A stretch of 64,000 nucleotides of DNA from Capsulimonadaceae bacterium. GTDB taxonomy: Bacteria; Armatimonadota; Armatimonadia; Armatimonadales; Capsulimonadaceae. The position numbers and the translations under genes were made by a program. The stretch lies in the NCBI GenBank assembly GCA_965215505.1, contig OZ244065.1, forward strand, positions 2,272,001 through 2,336,000. Direction: 5' to 3'. The notes beneath the pieces are model-generated. The model had not been told where the DNA came from, did not search any database, and saw only the letters and a program-made list of their open reading frames with translations. Of the stretch, positions 44,739 through 53,649 are shown in pieces. Numbering within the stretch: position 1 is the stretch's first letter; every line of letters starts with the position of its first letter.

Positions 44739-45683
44739 TTATTGCACGGTGGGGGTGAGGGCGGCGGGCGGCGCGGAGGCGCGCTTCAGGGTCGAAGTGA
44801 CCTTCATGTCCATGTTCACCGGGGCGTTCGCGCCGGGCGGCGTCATGTTCATGGTGATGTTGGCGCGGCCGGTCTGCCCGATGATGGCCCCGGCGTCTAC
44901 GTCGAACCGCATCGTCCCGGTCCCCGTGACGTTCCCCTTCATCGGAGGGCCTGCGGGTGCCGCCCCCGCCGCAGTGGCGGAGGTGTCGAACGCGCCGCTG
45001 GTGGTCTGCTTGATGATCGCGACCGTCTTGCCGCCGGTCGTGTCCAGACTCAGCAGCGTGAAGCCGGCGGCGATGTTCGTCCCCATCATGCCCATGGCGA
45101 CGGCGCTCTTCCAGGTGTCCCCGGCCTTGACGGGACCGTCCGGGAACTGGCCCAGGCTGCCCATCGGGTTCATGTGGGTCATGTCCATGCCCGGCATCGG
45201 CCCCGCCGCACTCATGCCCTCGCTGGGCGTGAAGGACACCGTCTTGCCGGTCGGCAGGATCACCATCGTCCCGATCGTCTTCATCTGGGCCAGCTTCTCG
45301 GGCGGCGTGGGCATCGTCTGCCCGTTCATGCCCATCTGCATCGCGTCCAGCCCGACGTCAAGCGTCGCCGCGCCGTCCGAAGCCTGGACGGACTTGACCG
45401 TCTGGTGCATCAGCATCTGCATGTGGATGTGGAGCGGCATCCCCGCCCCGCCCTGCCCGGTCAGCAGGGTGCCGTCGGTGTCCGTGGTCAGCGAGTAATA
45501 CAGAGTCTGCCCCGGCGTGAACTTGAGCCGCAGCGGGACGGCCGAAGCCGCCGAAGGGGTGGCCGTGGGTGCCGCCGTCGGCACGGCGGGCGGCACGGGC
45601 GGGGCGGCCTGTGCGTGTGCGGCGAGCGGAGAGGCGGCAAGCATTAGAGCTGCCGCGAGTGAATAGCTGTTGTTCTTTGTCAT
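44739..45683 (-). CDS. exported Met-rich beta-strand hypothetical protein
   Basis: Signal peptide MTKNNSYSLAAALMLAASPLAAHA, LRLKFTPGQTLYY and FPDGPVKAGDTW segments. ATGA-coupled to the FHA gene. Confidence 0.8.
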   Translation of the reverse strand: MTKNNSYSLAAALMLAASPLAAHAQAAPPVPPAVPTAAPTATPSAASAVPLRLKFTPGQTLYYSLTTDTDGTLLTGQGGAGMPLHIHMQMLMHQTVKSVQASDGAATLDVGLDAMQMGMNGQTMPTPPEKLAQMKTIGTMVILPTGKTVSFTPSEGMSAAGPMPGMDMTHMNPMGSLGQFPDGPVKAGDTWKSAVAMGMMGTNIAAGFTLLSLDTTGGKTVAIIKQTTSGAFDTSATAAGAAPAGPPMKGNVTGTGTMRFDVDAGAIIGQTGRANITMNMTPPGANAPVNMDMKVTSTLKRASAPPAALTPTVQ

Positions 45684-46678
45684 TGTTCTGGCTCCTGGTT
45701 TCCCTGAAAACGGAAATAGTTGTCGCCGATCTTGATCTCGTCCCCGAGGTTCAGGATGGCGCGCTGGACGCGCATCCCGTTGACATACACGCCGTTCGCG
45801 CTGCCGAGGTCCATCACCGTCCATTTCCCCTGGTCGTCGCGCTGGACGCGGGCGTGCTGGCGCGAGACGGTGTTTTCGGCCAGCACGATCTCGCTGTCGC
45901 CGTCGCGCCCGATGGTCAGGTCGCCCAGGGTCAGCGCGAACGTGCTGCCCGCCGCGATCCCCTGCAAGCCGACGAGGGAAGGCCCGCCGGGCGGCATCAG
46001 CTCCAGCCCGCGCGGGGCGCCTGTCGCCGCGACCGCAAGCCCCGCCTCTTCCGGGACCGGCTCCGGCGCGCGCCTGGTGGGCACATAGGCGGTGATCTTG
46101 TCCTGGTCCTCCGCTGCCTCCAGGGCGGCGGGTTCCGGGGCCTCGATGCCGAGCCGCCGGGCCACCAGCCGCAGCGGCTCGCCGCGCGTCTTGACGAGCT
46201 GGACGACGACCCATAGGACGCCCGCCGCAAGGGCCAGGCTGAACAGGCCGGTCACGAGCCGCCCCACCCCGCCCGCACGGTCCGGGGCGGGCGCGGGGGA
46301 CGGCGGGATGACGATCACGGCGGGAGCGGCGGGAGTCGCAACGGGGGCGGGGGCAACCGGCTGGAAGTCCGCCACGGCCAGCGTGATTGGGGCAGGGACG
46401 CCACCCGCCCCGACCGTGACGGCTCGGGCGGCAACCTGTCCGGTGTGGGCGTCCAGCACGAGCAGGCGGTCACCAGCCGTCAAAGTGGCGGCGATCTTGA
46501 TACTGGCTTTACCGGAAACGCCGATAGGAAGAGCCGTGACGGCCCCGGCCTTCGACTGTATCCAATACGAGTACGCCCCGCTGTCCGGCAGCGTCAAGGT
46601 CAGCGGCGGGGCGGCTATGGCGGACGGGGCCGACGCCAGCAGGCAGAAGGCGGAGAGGAGCGCGAAGAGTCTAGTCAT
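45680..46678 (-). CDS. single-pass membrane protein with extracytoplasmic N-domain and cytoplasmic FHA domain
   Basis: Signal peptide, TM segment, then IGR...VSRQHA...DLGSANGVYVNG. Confidence 0.9.
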   Translation of the reverse strand: MTRLFALLSAFCLLASAPSAIAAPPLTLTLPDSGAYSYWIQSKAGAVTALPIGVSGKASIKIAATLTAGDRLLVLDAHTGQVAARAVTVGAGGVPAPITLAVADFQPVAPAPVATPAAPAVIVIPPSPAPAPDRAGGVGRLVTGLFSLALAAGVLWVVVQLVKTRGEPLRLVARRLGIEAPEPAALEAAEDQDKITAYVPTRRAPEPVPEEAGLAVAATGAPRGLELMPPGGPSLVGLQGIAAGSTFALTLGDLTIGRDGDSEIVLAENTVSRQHARVQRDDQGKWTVMDLGSANGVYVNGMRVQRAILNLGDEIKIGDNYFRFQGNQEPEQ

Positions 46679-48254
46679 AAGTGGGTGCCTCGGCATGGCA
46701 GTGGGCGATGGCGGCGGGCAGGTGGTCCAGGAGGTCGGTCGCGATCAGCCCGGCCGGCCCGCCCTGTTCGGCGGCGGTCAGGTCCCCGGCCAGACCGTGC
46801 AGGAACGCGCCCGCCGCTGCCGCCTCCCAGGGTTCGAGCTTACCGGCCAGCAGGGCGGCGATGACGCCCGAAAGCACGTCCCCCGACCCGCCGGTCGCCA
46901 TGCCGGGGTTGGAGGTCGTGTTGACGGCGAGCCGCCCGTCGGGACCGGCGATCAGCGTCCGCGCCCCTTTCAGCAGGACGGGGCAGCCATAGTCGCGTGC
47001 GGCCTGCTCCACGGCGGCCCGGCGGTCGGCCTGCACGGTTTTCGTGTCCGTCCCCAGGAGCCGCCCCATCTCGCCCGGATGGGGGGTCAAGACCGTCGCG
47101 GCGGGCCGGCTCTTGACCACGGACGCGCCCCGGTCCGGCTCCAAAGCCAGGCAGTTCAGTGCGTCGGCGTCTATGACCAGCGGCACCGGGCAGCGGGCGA
47201 CGAACTCGCGGACGAAGGCGCGCGTCTCCTCACTGTCCGGCCCGCCCAGGCCCGGCCCGAGCGCGGCGGCCGTGCCCTTGGCGGCAAGCTTCAAAGCCGC
47301 TTCTACGGCGGACCGCGCGAACGTGCCGCCCTCGGTCTGTGCTAGCCCGCGCGTCATCACGACCGGGCTGACGCGCGCCATGAGGGCGCTCTGGATGCCT
47401 TCCGGGACGGCCAAAGTCACCAGACCTGCGCCGGTCCGGGCCGATGCCTCGGCGGTGAGTGTCGGTGCCCCGACGAACCCGCTCGACCCGGCGAAGACGG
47501 TCACATGGCCGAACTGCCCTTTGTTGCTGTCCCGCCCGTTGACGCGGGCCGGCAGCCAGCCGTTCACGTCGGCGGCCTGGGTTTCGCCCACCAAAACGTC
47601 GTCCGCCGCCATCACCTGCCGGGGCATGCCGATGTCGGCGACGACCAGTTCCCCGACGTATTCCGCGCCGGGGTAGACCATCAGGCCGAACTTTGGCAGC
47701 GCGAACGACACGGTCAAAGTCGCCTTGACGCAGGCTCCTTCCACCCGGCCGGTGTCGGCGTCCAGACCCGACGGCACATCCACGGCGACGATGGGGCAGC
47801 CGCCCTCGTTCATGGCGTTGATGACCTCGGCCAGTGCGCCCGTGACGCCGCCCTTGATCCCGGTGCCGAGCAGGGCGTCCACGATCAGTTCGGCACCGCC
47901 CCTGACCTGGGGGGCGTCGGAGGCGAGGAAGTTCAGCCCGAACCGCACCGCCATCTTGAAGTTCGCGGCGGCGTCGCCGGTCAGCGCGAGCGGGTCCGCC
48001 GCCAGCCACACCTCCACGTCCGCGCCGAAGCGCGTCGCCAGGTGCCGCGCGACCGCCAAGCCGTCGCCGCCGTTGTTGCCCTTGCCGCAGACGACCCCGA
48101 TGCGCTGGCCGCGCAGCGGCCCGAACCGCTCGGCGATCACGTCCACGACGCGCAGGGCCGCGTTCTCCATCAGGACGAGGCTGGGGACGCCGTAGTCCTC
48201 GATAGTGCGCCGGTCCATCTCGCGCATCTGCGCCGCTGTGGTCAGTTTGAGCAT
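46671..48254 (-). CDS. nnr: bifunctional NAD(P)H-hydrate epimerase/dehydratase (YjeF)
   Basis: LMENA, CGKGNNGGDG, DALLGTG, VDVPSG, VIDADALN, LTPHPGEM and MATGGSGDVL motifs. Confidence 0.95.
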   Translation of the reverse strand: MLKLTTAAQMREMDRRTIEDYGVPSLVLMENAALRVVDVIAERFGPLRGQRIGVVCGKGNNGGDGLAVARHLATRFGADVEVWLAADPLALTGDAAANFKMAVRFGLNFLASDAPQVRGGAELIVDALLGTGIKGGVTGALAEVINAMNEGGCPIVAVDVPSGLDADTGRVEGACVKATLTVSFALPKFGLMVYPGAEYVGELVVADIGMPRQVMAADDVLVGETQAADVNGWLPARVNGRDSNKGQFGHVTVFAGSSGFVGAPTLTAEASARTGAGLVTLAVPEGIQSALMARVSPVVMTRGLAQTEGGTFARSAVEAALKLAAKGTAAALGPGLGGPDSEETRAFVREFVARCPVPLVIDADALNCLALEPDRGASVVKSRPAATVLTPHPGEMGRLLGTDTKTVQADRRAAVEQAARDYGCPVLLKGARTLIAGPDGRLAVNTTSNPGMATGGSGDVLSGVIAALLAGKLEPWEAAAAGAFLHGLAGDLTAAEQGGPAGLIATDLLDHLPAAIAHCHAEAPTYD

Positions 48255-49198
48255 CAAAACACCCCCGCGATCCGCGCCCGCTCCGCCTCATCAATCGGCG
48301 AAACGCCTACGGCCCCGACGTTCTCCTCCACCTGCGCCGCCGTCTTTGCGCCGACGACGACGGAAGAAACGGCCAGATCGTCCAGAACGAAGCGCAGGGC
48401 CGCCTGCGCCGGCGTCCGCGCACCATCCCGATTTAGGAAATCCAGTTGGGCCGCCGTCTGCGCCATCGCCGCCACATATTCGGGCGGCAGGGAGGCCCGG
48501 ATGTCGCCTTCGGGGAACCGCGCGTCGGGACCATACTTGCCGGCCAGAAACCCGTTTGCCAGCGGCTCCCGCGCGAGAACGCCTACCTTGCGTTTGCGCG
48601 CCAGCGGCAGAAGCTCTGTCGTCGCGCCCTGGTAGAACAGGCTGTAGCCGACCTCCAAGACATCTACGGGCAGGCTGTTACGCAGCAGCCAAACCCCGTC
48701 CTCCGGCTCGGCCACCGAAACCCCGACCCACTTGATTTTTCCGGCCCGGCGCAGCGCGTCCAGCGTTTCCCAGACACGGAAGCGGTCCAGGTCTTCCACG
48801 GGCGGGTTCATCAGCAGGAACACATCCAGCGCCTCCCGCCGCAGCCGGGTGAGGCTCTGCTGCACGGCATGGGCCAGGGCCAAAGGCGTCCAGTCCGGTT
48901 CCAGCGTCCCGTCTTTGCGGTAGAAGTTGATGCCGCCCTTGGTGACGATGACCGGCGGCGGGCCGCACCACTCGGTCAGGACCTCCCCCAGCAAGGCCTC
49001 GCTGTGCCCATGTCCGTAAACGTCGGCGGTGTCGAAGAGCGTGACGCCAAGCTCCAGCGCCCGGCGCAGTGCCGCCTTGGAGACGGCGTCGTCGGTCTCC
49101 CCGTAGGAGTTGCCCCACCCGTTGCCGCCGATGGCCCAGCCGCCGAAGCCGATCTCGGACACCGAAAGCCCCGTCCTGCCCAGCCGCCGCGTTCGCAT
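48254..49198 (-). CDS. aldo/keto reductase
   Basis: RRLGRTGL-x-VSEIGFG, FDTADVYG-x-GHSE and PLANGFLAGKY motifs. Confidence 0.93.
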   Translation of the reverse strand: MRTRRLGRTGLSVSEIGFGGWAIGGNGWGNSYGETDDAVSKAALRRALELGVTLFDTADVYGHGHSEALLGEVLTEWCGPPPVIVTKGGINFYRKDGTLEPDWTPLALAHAVQQSLTRLRREALDVFLLMNPPVEDLDRFRVWETLDALRRAGKIKWVGVSVAEPEDGVWLLRNSLPVDVLEVGYSLFYQGATTELLPLARKRKVGVLAREPLANGFLAGKYGPDARFPEGDIRASLPPEYVAAMAQTAAQLDFLNRDGARTPAQAALRFVLDDLAVSSVVVGAKTAAQVEENVGAVGVSPIDEAERARIAGVF

Positions 49199-49518
49199 CA
49201 GGCGGACGGTGCCCCGAACGGCCGCTTGGCCTTCAGCTTCTCGTCCAGCCGCTTCGCCTCGGCGCGGGCCGCCAGGTACGCCTTGGCATCGAAAGCCGGG
49301 AACCGGCCGCCCAGGCCCATCGCCACGTCGTCCGGCAGGTCCAGGCCGGTCACCTGGTCCAGAAACTCCGGCTCCCGCGCGACGACGGCGGTCAGGTACA
49401 GTATCCCAGTGTCAAACAAGATCTTCGTGTTCTGCGGCGCGTTGGGCGTCTGCGCCCGCAGGCTGACGCCCTTCTGGAAGGCGTAAAAGCACAAGGTTTT
49501 GTAGCGGTCTAGGTTCAA
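49198..49518 (-). CDS. hypothetical protein
   Basis: 106-aa ORF TGATG-coupled to the AKR gene. GAGGA and TATACT elements upstream. Confidence 0.65.
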   Translation of the reverse strand: MNLDRYKTLCFYAFQKGVSLRAQTPNAPQNTKILFDTGILYLTAVVAREPEFLDQVTGLDLPDDVAMGLGGRFPAFDAKAYLAARAEAKRLDEKLKAKRPFGAPSA

Positions 49519-49653
49519 GTCACGGGTTCCTCGAAATCAGTATACCCAACAGTCCGCCCGGAATGTGGCACGGCAGCCGGACAAACGCTTTGTGTCTCCT
49601 GCTCGGCAGGGGCCGCCCGATTCGCGCCCGGTTTCGGGTACAGTGGTTGCGCC

Positions 49654-50736
49654 ATGACCCAAACCGCGTTTATCCCGAACACCGAGGCCCCCGCCGCTTC
49701 GCCCGTGAACCAGAAGACCGTCTACGTCATCTTCAACCCGGTCTCGGGCAAGAGCGACCCGGAGGGGCGCAAGAAGGTGATCTCCGACGCCCTGGCCGCC
49801 CACGACTACACCTGCCAGTTCATCGCCACCACGAAGGAGCAGGGCGCGAAGGCCTGCGCCGAGGAGGCCTTGCGGCTCGGCGCGGACCTACTGGCCGTCT
49901 CGGGCGGCGACGGGACCGTCATGGAGGCCATGTCCGCCCTGGTCGGCACGGACACCCCCATCGCCGTCTTCCCCGCCGGGACCGGCAACCTGCTCTCCAT
50001 CAATCTCGGCATCCCGACCACCGTTCCCGACGCCGTGGATGTCGCCCTGGGCGGAAACCTGTATGCCCTGGACCTCGCCCGCACGGGGGACGGCCGGTAC
50101 TTCGCCATCATGGGGGGCCTGGGCATGGACGCCCAGATGATCGCCGATGCCGACCGGGAGGCGAAAAACAAGATGGGCAAGATGGCCTACTTCGTCGCCG
50201 CCGTCAAGAACCTGCCCCGCCGCCGGCTCCGCGTGGAGATCACCCTGGACGACCGCCCGCCCCTGCGCCGCCGCGTCAAGTCCGTCCTGCTGGCGAACAT
50301 GGGCAAGATCACCGGCGGGCTGGACGCCATGCCGACCGCCTCCCCCAACGACGGCCTGCTGGACGTGGGCCTGCTGAAAGCGGCCACGCTCGGCCACTGG
50401 GTCCACCTGATGGGGAGCGCCCTGCTGGGCCGCGCCCACCAGGACCCCTCCCTGGAGGTCTACCAGGCCCGCAAGGTGGTCCTGCGCCTGCGCCGTCCCC
50501 AGCCCGTCCAGTTCGACGGCGAGGACGGGGGCCGGACGCGCGAGTTGACTGTCGAGATCGTCCCCCACGCCGTCAATGTGCTGATCCCCGAGGCCGCGCC
50601 CGGCACCCAGGAGGCCCAGGACCTCCCGCCCGCCGTCGTCGCCGAGCGGACCGCCAAGCGCCGCCTGCTGGTCCCCCTGGCCCTGCTCCTGCTGGCCGTC
50701 GGGTCTGCACTGGCCTGGCGGCAGCGCAAACCGTAG
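49654..50736 (+). CDS. diacylglycerol/lipid kinase family protein (YegS/BmrU-like) with C-terminal TM anchor
   Basis: FNPVSG, GGDGTV, PAGTGNLL, NDGLLDV and QFDGE motifs. Confidence 0.92.
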   Translation: MTQTAFIPNTEAPAASPVNQKTVYVIFNPVSGKSDPEGRKKVISDALAAHDYTCQFIATTKEQGAKACAEEALRLGADLLAVSGGDGTVMEAMSALVGTDTPIAVFPAGTGNLLSINLGIPTTVPDAVDVALGGNLYALDLARTGDGRYFAIMGGLGMDAQMIADADREAKNKMGKMAYFVAAVKNLPRRRLRVEITLDDRPPLRRRVKSVLLANMGKITGGLDAMPTASPNDGLLDVGLLKAATLGHWVHLMGSALLGRAHQDPSLEVYQARKVVLRLRRPQPVQFDGEDGGRTRELTVEIVPHAVNVLIPEAAPGTQEAQDLPPAVVAERTAKRRLLVPLALLLLAVGSALAWRQRKP

Positions 50737-50758
50737 GGGCGCGATTCATTGCGCCCCC
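50733..50758 (+). repeat. GTAG-type REP-like element supplying the TAG stop of the lipid kinase
   Basis: GTAGGGGCGCGATTCATTGCGCCCCC, with a partial second copy TCATCGCGCCCTCC at ~50764-50777. Confidence 0.78.
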
Positions 50759-50816
50759 TTCTATCATCGCGCCCTCCTCTACTACTGCGACTGGGACAAA
50801 GACGCCCAGCCACTTG

Positions 50817-51341
50817 CTAGAGTGGGTCGGACGGCCGAGTGTCAGGCACCGAGCATTGTGAAGCCGCGGGCAGTCCTGGCCTTGACGAGACATACTCTTG
50901 TGCGTCATCCGCGCTGAATGCGAAGACGCGGCACCCCTGCTCCCATGCTTTTTTCAGCATCACTTTCGCTTCCGCTCTGGCCTCCTCCGCAGTGAGTTCT
51001 CCTGGGTGGCTCCAAATCAGCATCGCCAGGTTGTGAGTTGCAGTCCCGATCCCCTGGTCAGACGCCTTTGTTAGCCACTTGATGGCCTCCGGGTTATCCA
51101 GTTCTTCCCAGAGTGCCATTTCCTCCCTGCTGAGGCGGCTCCACCCATCCTCATCCTCCGGCTTGGGAAACCTGTAGAGGCTGTCCGTATACAGAAACCC
51201 TACACAGGCCTGTGCCTCCGCGTTCCCAGCCTCGGCTAACGGCAGCAGAATGGCGAGTGCGGCGGAGTAGTTATTAGCCTCTACGGCGGCCAGCCCATGT
51301 TGGAACTGCTCCTGATCGCTTTGCACGCGGCGATACCTCAT
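50817..51341 (-). CDS. Sel1-like repeat protein
   Basis: LLPLAEAGNAEAQACVGFLY and AIKWLTKASDQG...HNLAML. Visibly lower GC. Confidence 0.75.
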   Translation of the reverse strand: MRYRRVQSDQEQFQHGLAAVEANNYSAALAILLPLAEAGNAEAQACVGFLYTDSLYRFPKPEDEDGWSRLSREEMALWEELDNPEAIKWLTKASDQGIGTATHNLAMLIWSHPGELTAEEARAEAKVMLKKAWEQGCRVFAFSADDAQEYVSSRPGLPAASQCSVPDTRPSDPL

Positions 51342-51361
51342 AAACACCGGAACCGGCGCGC

Positions 51362-52378
51362 TCACAGCGGCAGCATTTGCGCCTGCCCCGTGTCCGCCGA
51401 GCGCAGGCCCGCCTCCAGAATCTCCTGCGCGTCGCGGCTGACCTGGGCGGAGCAGAAGCCCTCGATGGGTGCCCCCGTTTCCAGGCAGTGCAGGAGGTAT
51501 TCGGGGGCGTTCCGGTGCGGAGCGACGGGGGCGGGGGGCGTGATCGTCTCGGCCGCGTGGCCGGGGCGCTGCCAGACCACCTTGTCGCCCGCGACGGACA
51601 GCGAGCCGCCTACCCCGTAGGCGATGGGGTTCGCGCCCTCGGCGTAGGGGACGGTCTGGGTCCAGGAGGCCTCGGCGATGCCGAAGGCGTGAGGGTACTT
51701 CATCAGGATGATGGCGTTGTCGTCGGGGACGGGGTAGTCCTTGACGAACACGCCGCGCATCCCCATCACCTGCGTCGGGACGCCGAGGAAGCGGGCGTTC
51801 ATGTCGGCGGCGTAGCCGCAGTAGTCCATCAGGGCACCCGCGCCGTTCTTCTCGGCGTCGTACAGCCACTCGTAGAAGAACGGGTCGCAGCCGATCTCCT
51901 TGGGGCCGTTGTGGGCGGACCGGTACTTGAGGTAGGTGATCGCACCGATGTCGCCCGCGACCAACCGGCGCTCCCACTCCTGGATCGCCGGGGACCAGGC
52001 CGTCGGCCAGTTGATCAGCAGGCGCGTCCCGGCCTCCCGCGCGGCCCGCAGCATCCGGTCCGCCTGGGCCAAGGTCGCCGCCATCGGCTTCTCGCTGATG
52101 ACGTGGATGCCCTTCGCGGCGCAGGCCTCCACGATGTCCGCGCCGACGCTGTTCTCCGAGGCGGCCTGCACGATGTCCAGATCTTCTTTGGCGATCATCT
52201 CCTGCCACGAGTCGTAGACCCGCGCGATGCCGCCCGCCCGTGCCCGCTCCCGCAGGGGCGCGTTGACGTCCCCCGCCGCGACCAGCTCCACGTCGGGCAG
52301 CGCCTCCCAGTGATTCAGCTCGCCCCAGACGTGGTCATGCACCATCGTCGCCACGCCCACTTTGTACGTTTTCGCCAT
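51362..52378 (-). CDS. Gfo/Idh/MocA family oxidoreductase
   Basis: GIHVISEKPMA and GAGALMDY motifs. GGAGG RBS before MAKTYKVGV. Confidence 0.92.
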   Translation of the reverse strand: MAKTYKVGVATMVHDHVWGELNHWEALPDVELVAAGDVNAPLRERARAGGIARVYDSWQEMIAKEDLDIVQAASENSVGADIVEACAAKGIHVISEKPMAATLAQADRMLRAAREAGTRLLINWPTAWSPAIQEWERRLVAGDIGAITYLKYRSAHNGPKEIGCDPFFYEWLYDAEKNGAGALMDYCGYAADMNARFLGVPTQVMGMRGVFVKDYPVPDDNAIILMKYPHAFGIAEASWTQTVPYAEGANPIAYGVGGSLSVAGDKVVWQRPGHAAETITPPAPVAPHRNAPEYLLHCLETGAPIEGFCSAQVSRDAQEILEAGLRSADTGQAQMLPL

Positions 52379-52525
52379 GCCGTCCTCCCGTCCGTTCACC
52401 TTGCGGTAAGGATACGCGGCGCGTGGCTGAATCTCCTTTGCCTCTTGCGCTCCGGCCTGATTTCGTATATAATAAAGTGTAGAAGAGGGCGGGCCGGAAG
52501 ATTGGCCCGCGCGGAAGGAACACGT

Positions 52526-52822
52526 ATGACATTTCTCCATGAGCATCGGGGCTTGACGCGGCGGCTGTGCCTGGCCGGCGCGGGCGCGGCCCTGGTCGCC
52601 CTGCTGGCCGGGTGCGGCGGCGGGGGCGGCAACGGCAACAACGACGGCGGCACGACTGGCACCACGGGGACCAGCAGCGGCACGACAGGAACCACGGGCA
52701 CGACCGGGACGACCGGCACTACGGGGACTACAGGCACCACGGGAACGACAGGGACGACCGGCACCAACTCCGGCAGCAGCAGCCCGCCCGCCCCGCCGAT
52801 CCTGCCTTTCATACGCAAGTGA
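52526..52822 (+). CDS. small putative Tat lipoprotein made almost entirely of (GTT)n repeats
   Basis: LTRRLCL twin-arginine, LAGC lipobox, about a dozen GTT-like triplets with varied codons. GAAGGA RBS and GTGA coupling to the next gene. Confidence 0.75.
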   Translation: MTFLHEHRGLTRRLCLAGAGAALVALLAGCGGGGGNGNNDGGTTGTTGTSSGTTGTTGTTGTTGTTGTTGTTGTTGTTGTNSGSSSPPAPPILPFIRK

Positions 52823-53649
52823 GTCCGCGCAGCCTGCGACTGCTCCTGGGTCTGCTGGGGGCGGCGTTCGTCGCCCTGACCGCCTGGTCCCTACGCTACT
52901 TTTCCCATTCCCAGATGCTCACCGCTTTGGGACAGGACTACGCCCAGCCCGGCCTGGGACAGATCGGGCTGAAGGCAGGGGATGTGCTTGTGGTCGCGCA
53001 CGAGCAGGGGCGGCGGCGCTGGCGCGTGTCGGCCCGGACGCTGACCCTGAGCCGCGACCGGCGCTCGGTGAGCGTGGACGGCATCAAGCAGGGGACCTTG
53101 TACGGTGCGGACGGGAAGCCGGAAATCTCGCTGGACGCCGGCCACGCCCTCTACGCCACCCCGTTCGGCCAGATCGGGACGGGGGCGATGGGGACATTGC
53201 GGGTGGACGGCGGCGTCCGGGCCATCCTCCTCAGCGCCCAGCGTCCCGTCCTGACCAGCCGGGCGCTGGCCTGGGATGCGGCCCGCAGTGAGTTGTCCAG
53301 CCCCGGCCCGGTCACCGCGTCCGTCTCCCGGCTGTCAGTGACGGCAGGGAACGGCACCTACGACAAGCCGCCCGGCGCGGCGACTGAGTCCGCGCGCGGC
53401 ACGTTGCGGCTCGGCGGTGGCGTCCGCGCCCTCCTCCACAGTGCGCGCGGCCCGGTCACTCTGGACTGCCCCGGCCTGACCTGGGACGCCGCCCAAAATG
53501 AGGTGCAGAGTCTGGGGCCGGTGACGGCCCTCATCCCTGGCGACCGTGGCACGGCGACCGTCACCGCCGCCGAGGCGAACACCAAGACGGGCTACCTGAC
53601 GCTGCACGACTTCCGGGGAACAGTTCGGTTGCCCAAAGGGGTAGAATGA
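52819..53649 (+). CDS. LptC-like membrane-anchored beta-jellyroll protein
   Basis: N-terminal TM, GRRRWRVSA segment, duplicated L-x-WDAA-x-x-E-x-x-S-x-GPVTA modules. Upstream of an LptA-like gene. Confidence 0.6.
   Translation: MSPRSLRLLLGLLGAAFVALTAWSLRYFSHSQMLTALGQDYAQPGLGQIGLKAGDVLVVAHEQGRRRWRVSARTLTLSRDRRSVSVDGIKQGTLYGADGKPEISLDAGHALYATPFGQIGTGAMGTLRVDGGVRAILLSAQRPVLTSRALAWDAARSELSSPGPVTASVSRLSVTAGNGTYDKPPGAATESARGTLRLGGGVRALLHSARGPVTLDCPGLTWDAAQNEVQSLGPVTALIPGDRGTATVTAAEANTKTGYLTLHDFRGTVRLPKGVE

Noticed and set aside
44739-46214. 491-aa ORF call
   Set aside because: The N-terminal part overlaps the FHA gene out of frame. A signal peptide and AGGAG RBS support a start at 45683.
50817-52208. 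463-aa ORF apparently fusing an Arg-rich region to Sel1 repeats
   Set aside because: The upstream part is an alternative frame of the Gfo/Idh/MocA gene. The plausible gene starts at ATG 51341.
52650-52765. Short periodic repeats as a possible CRISPR array
   Set aside because: They are 9-bp coding repeats (GTT) with no unique spacers, and there are no cas genes in the window.
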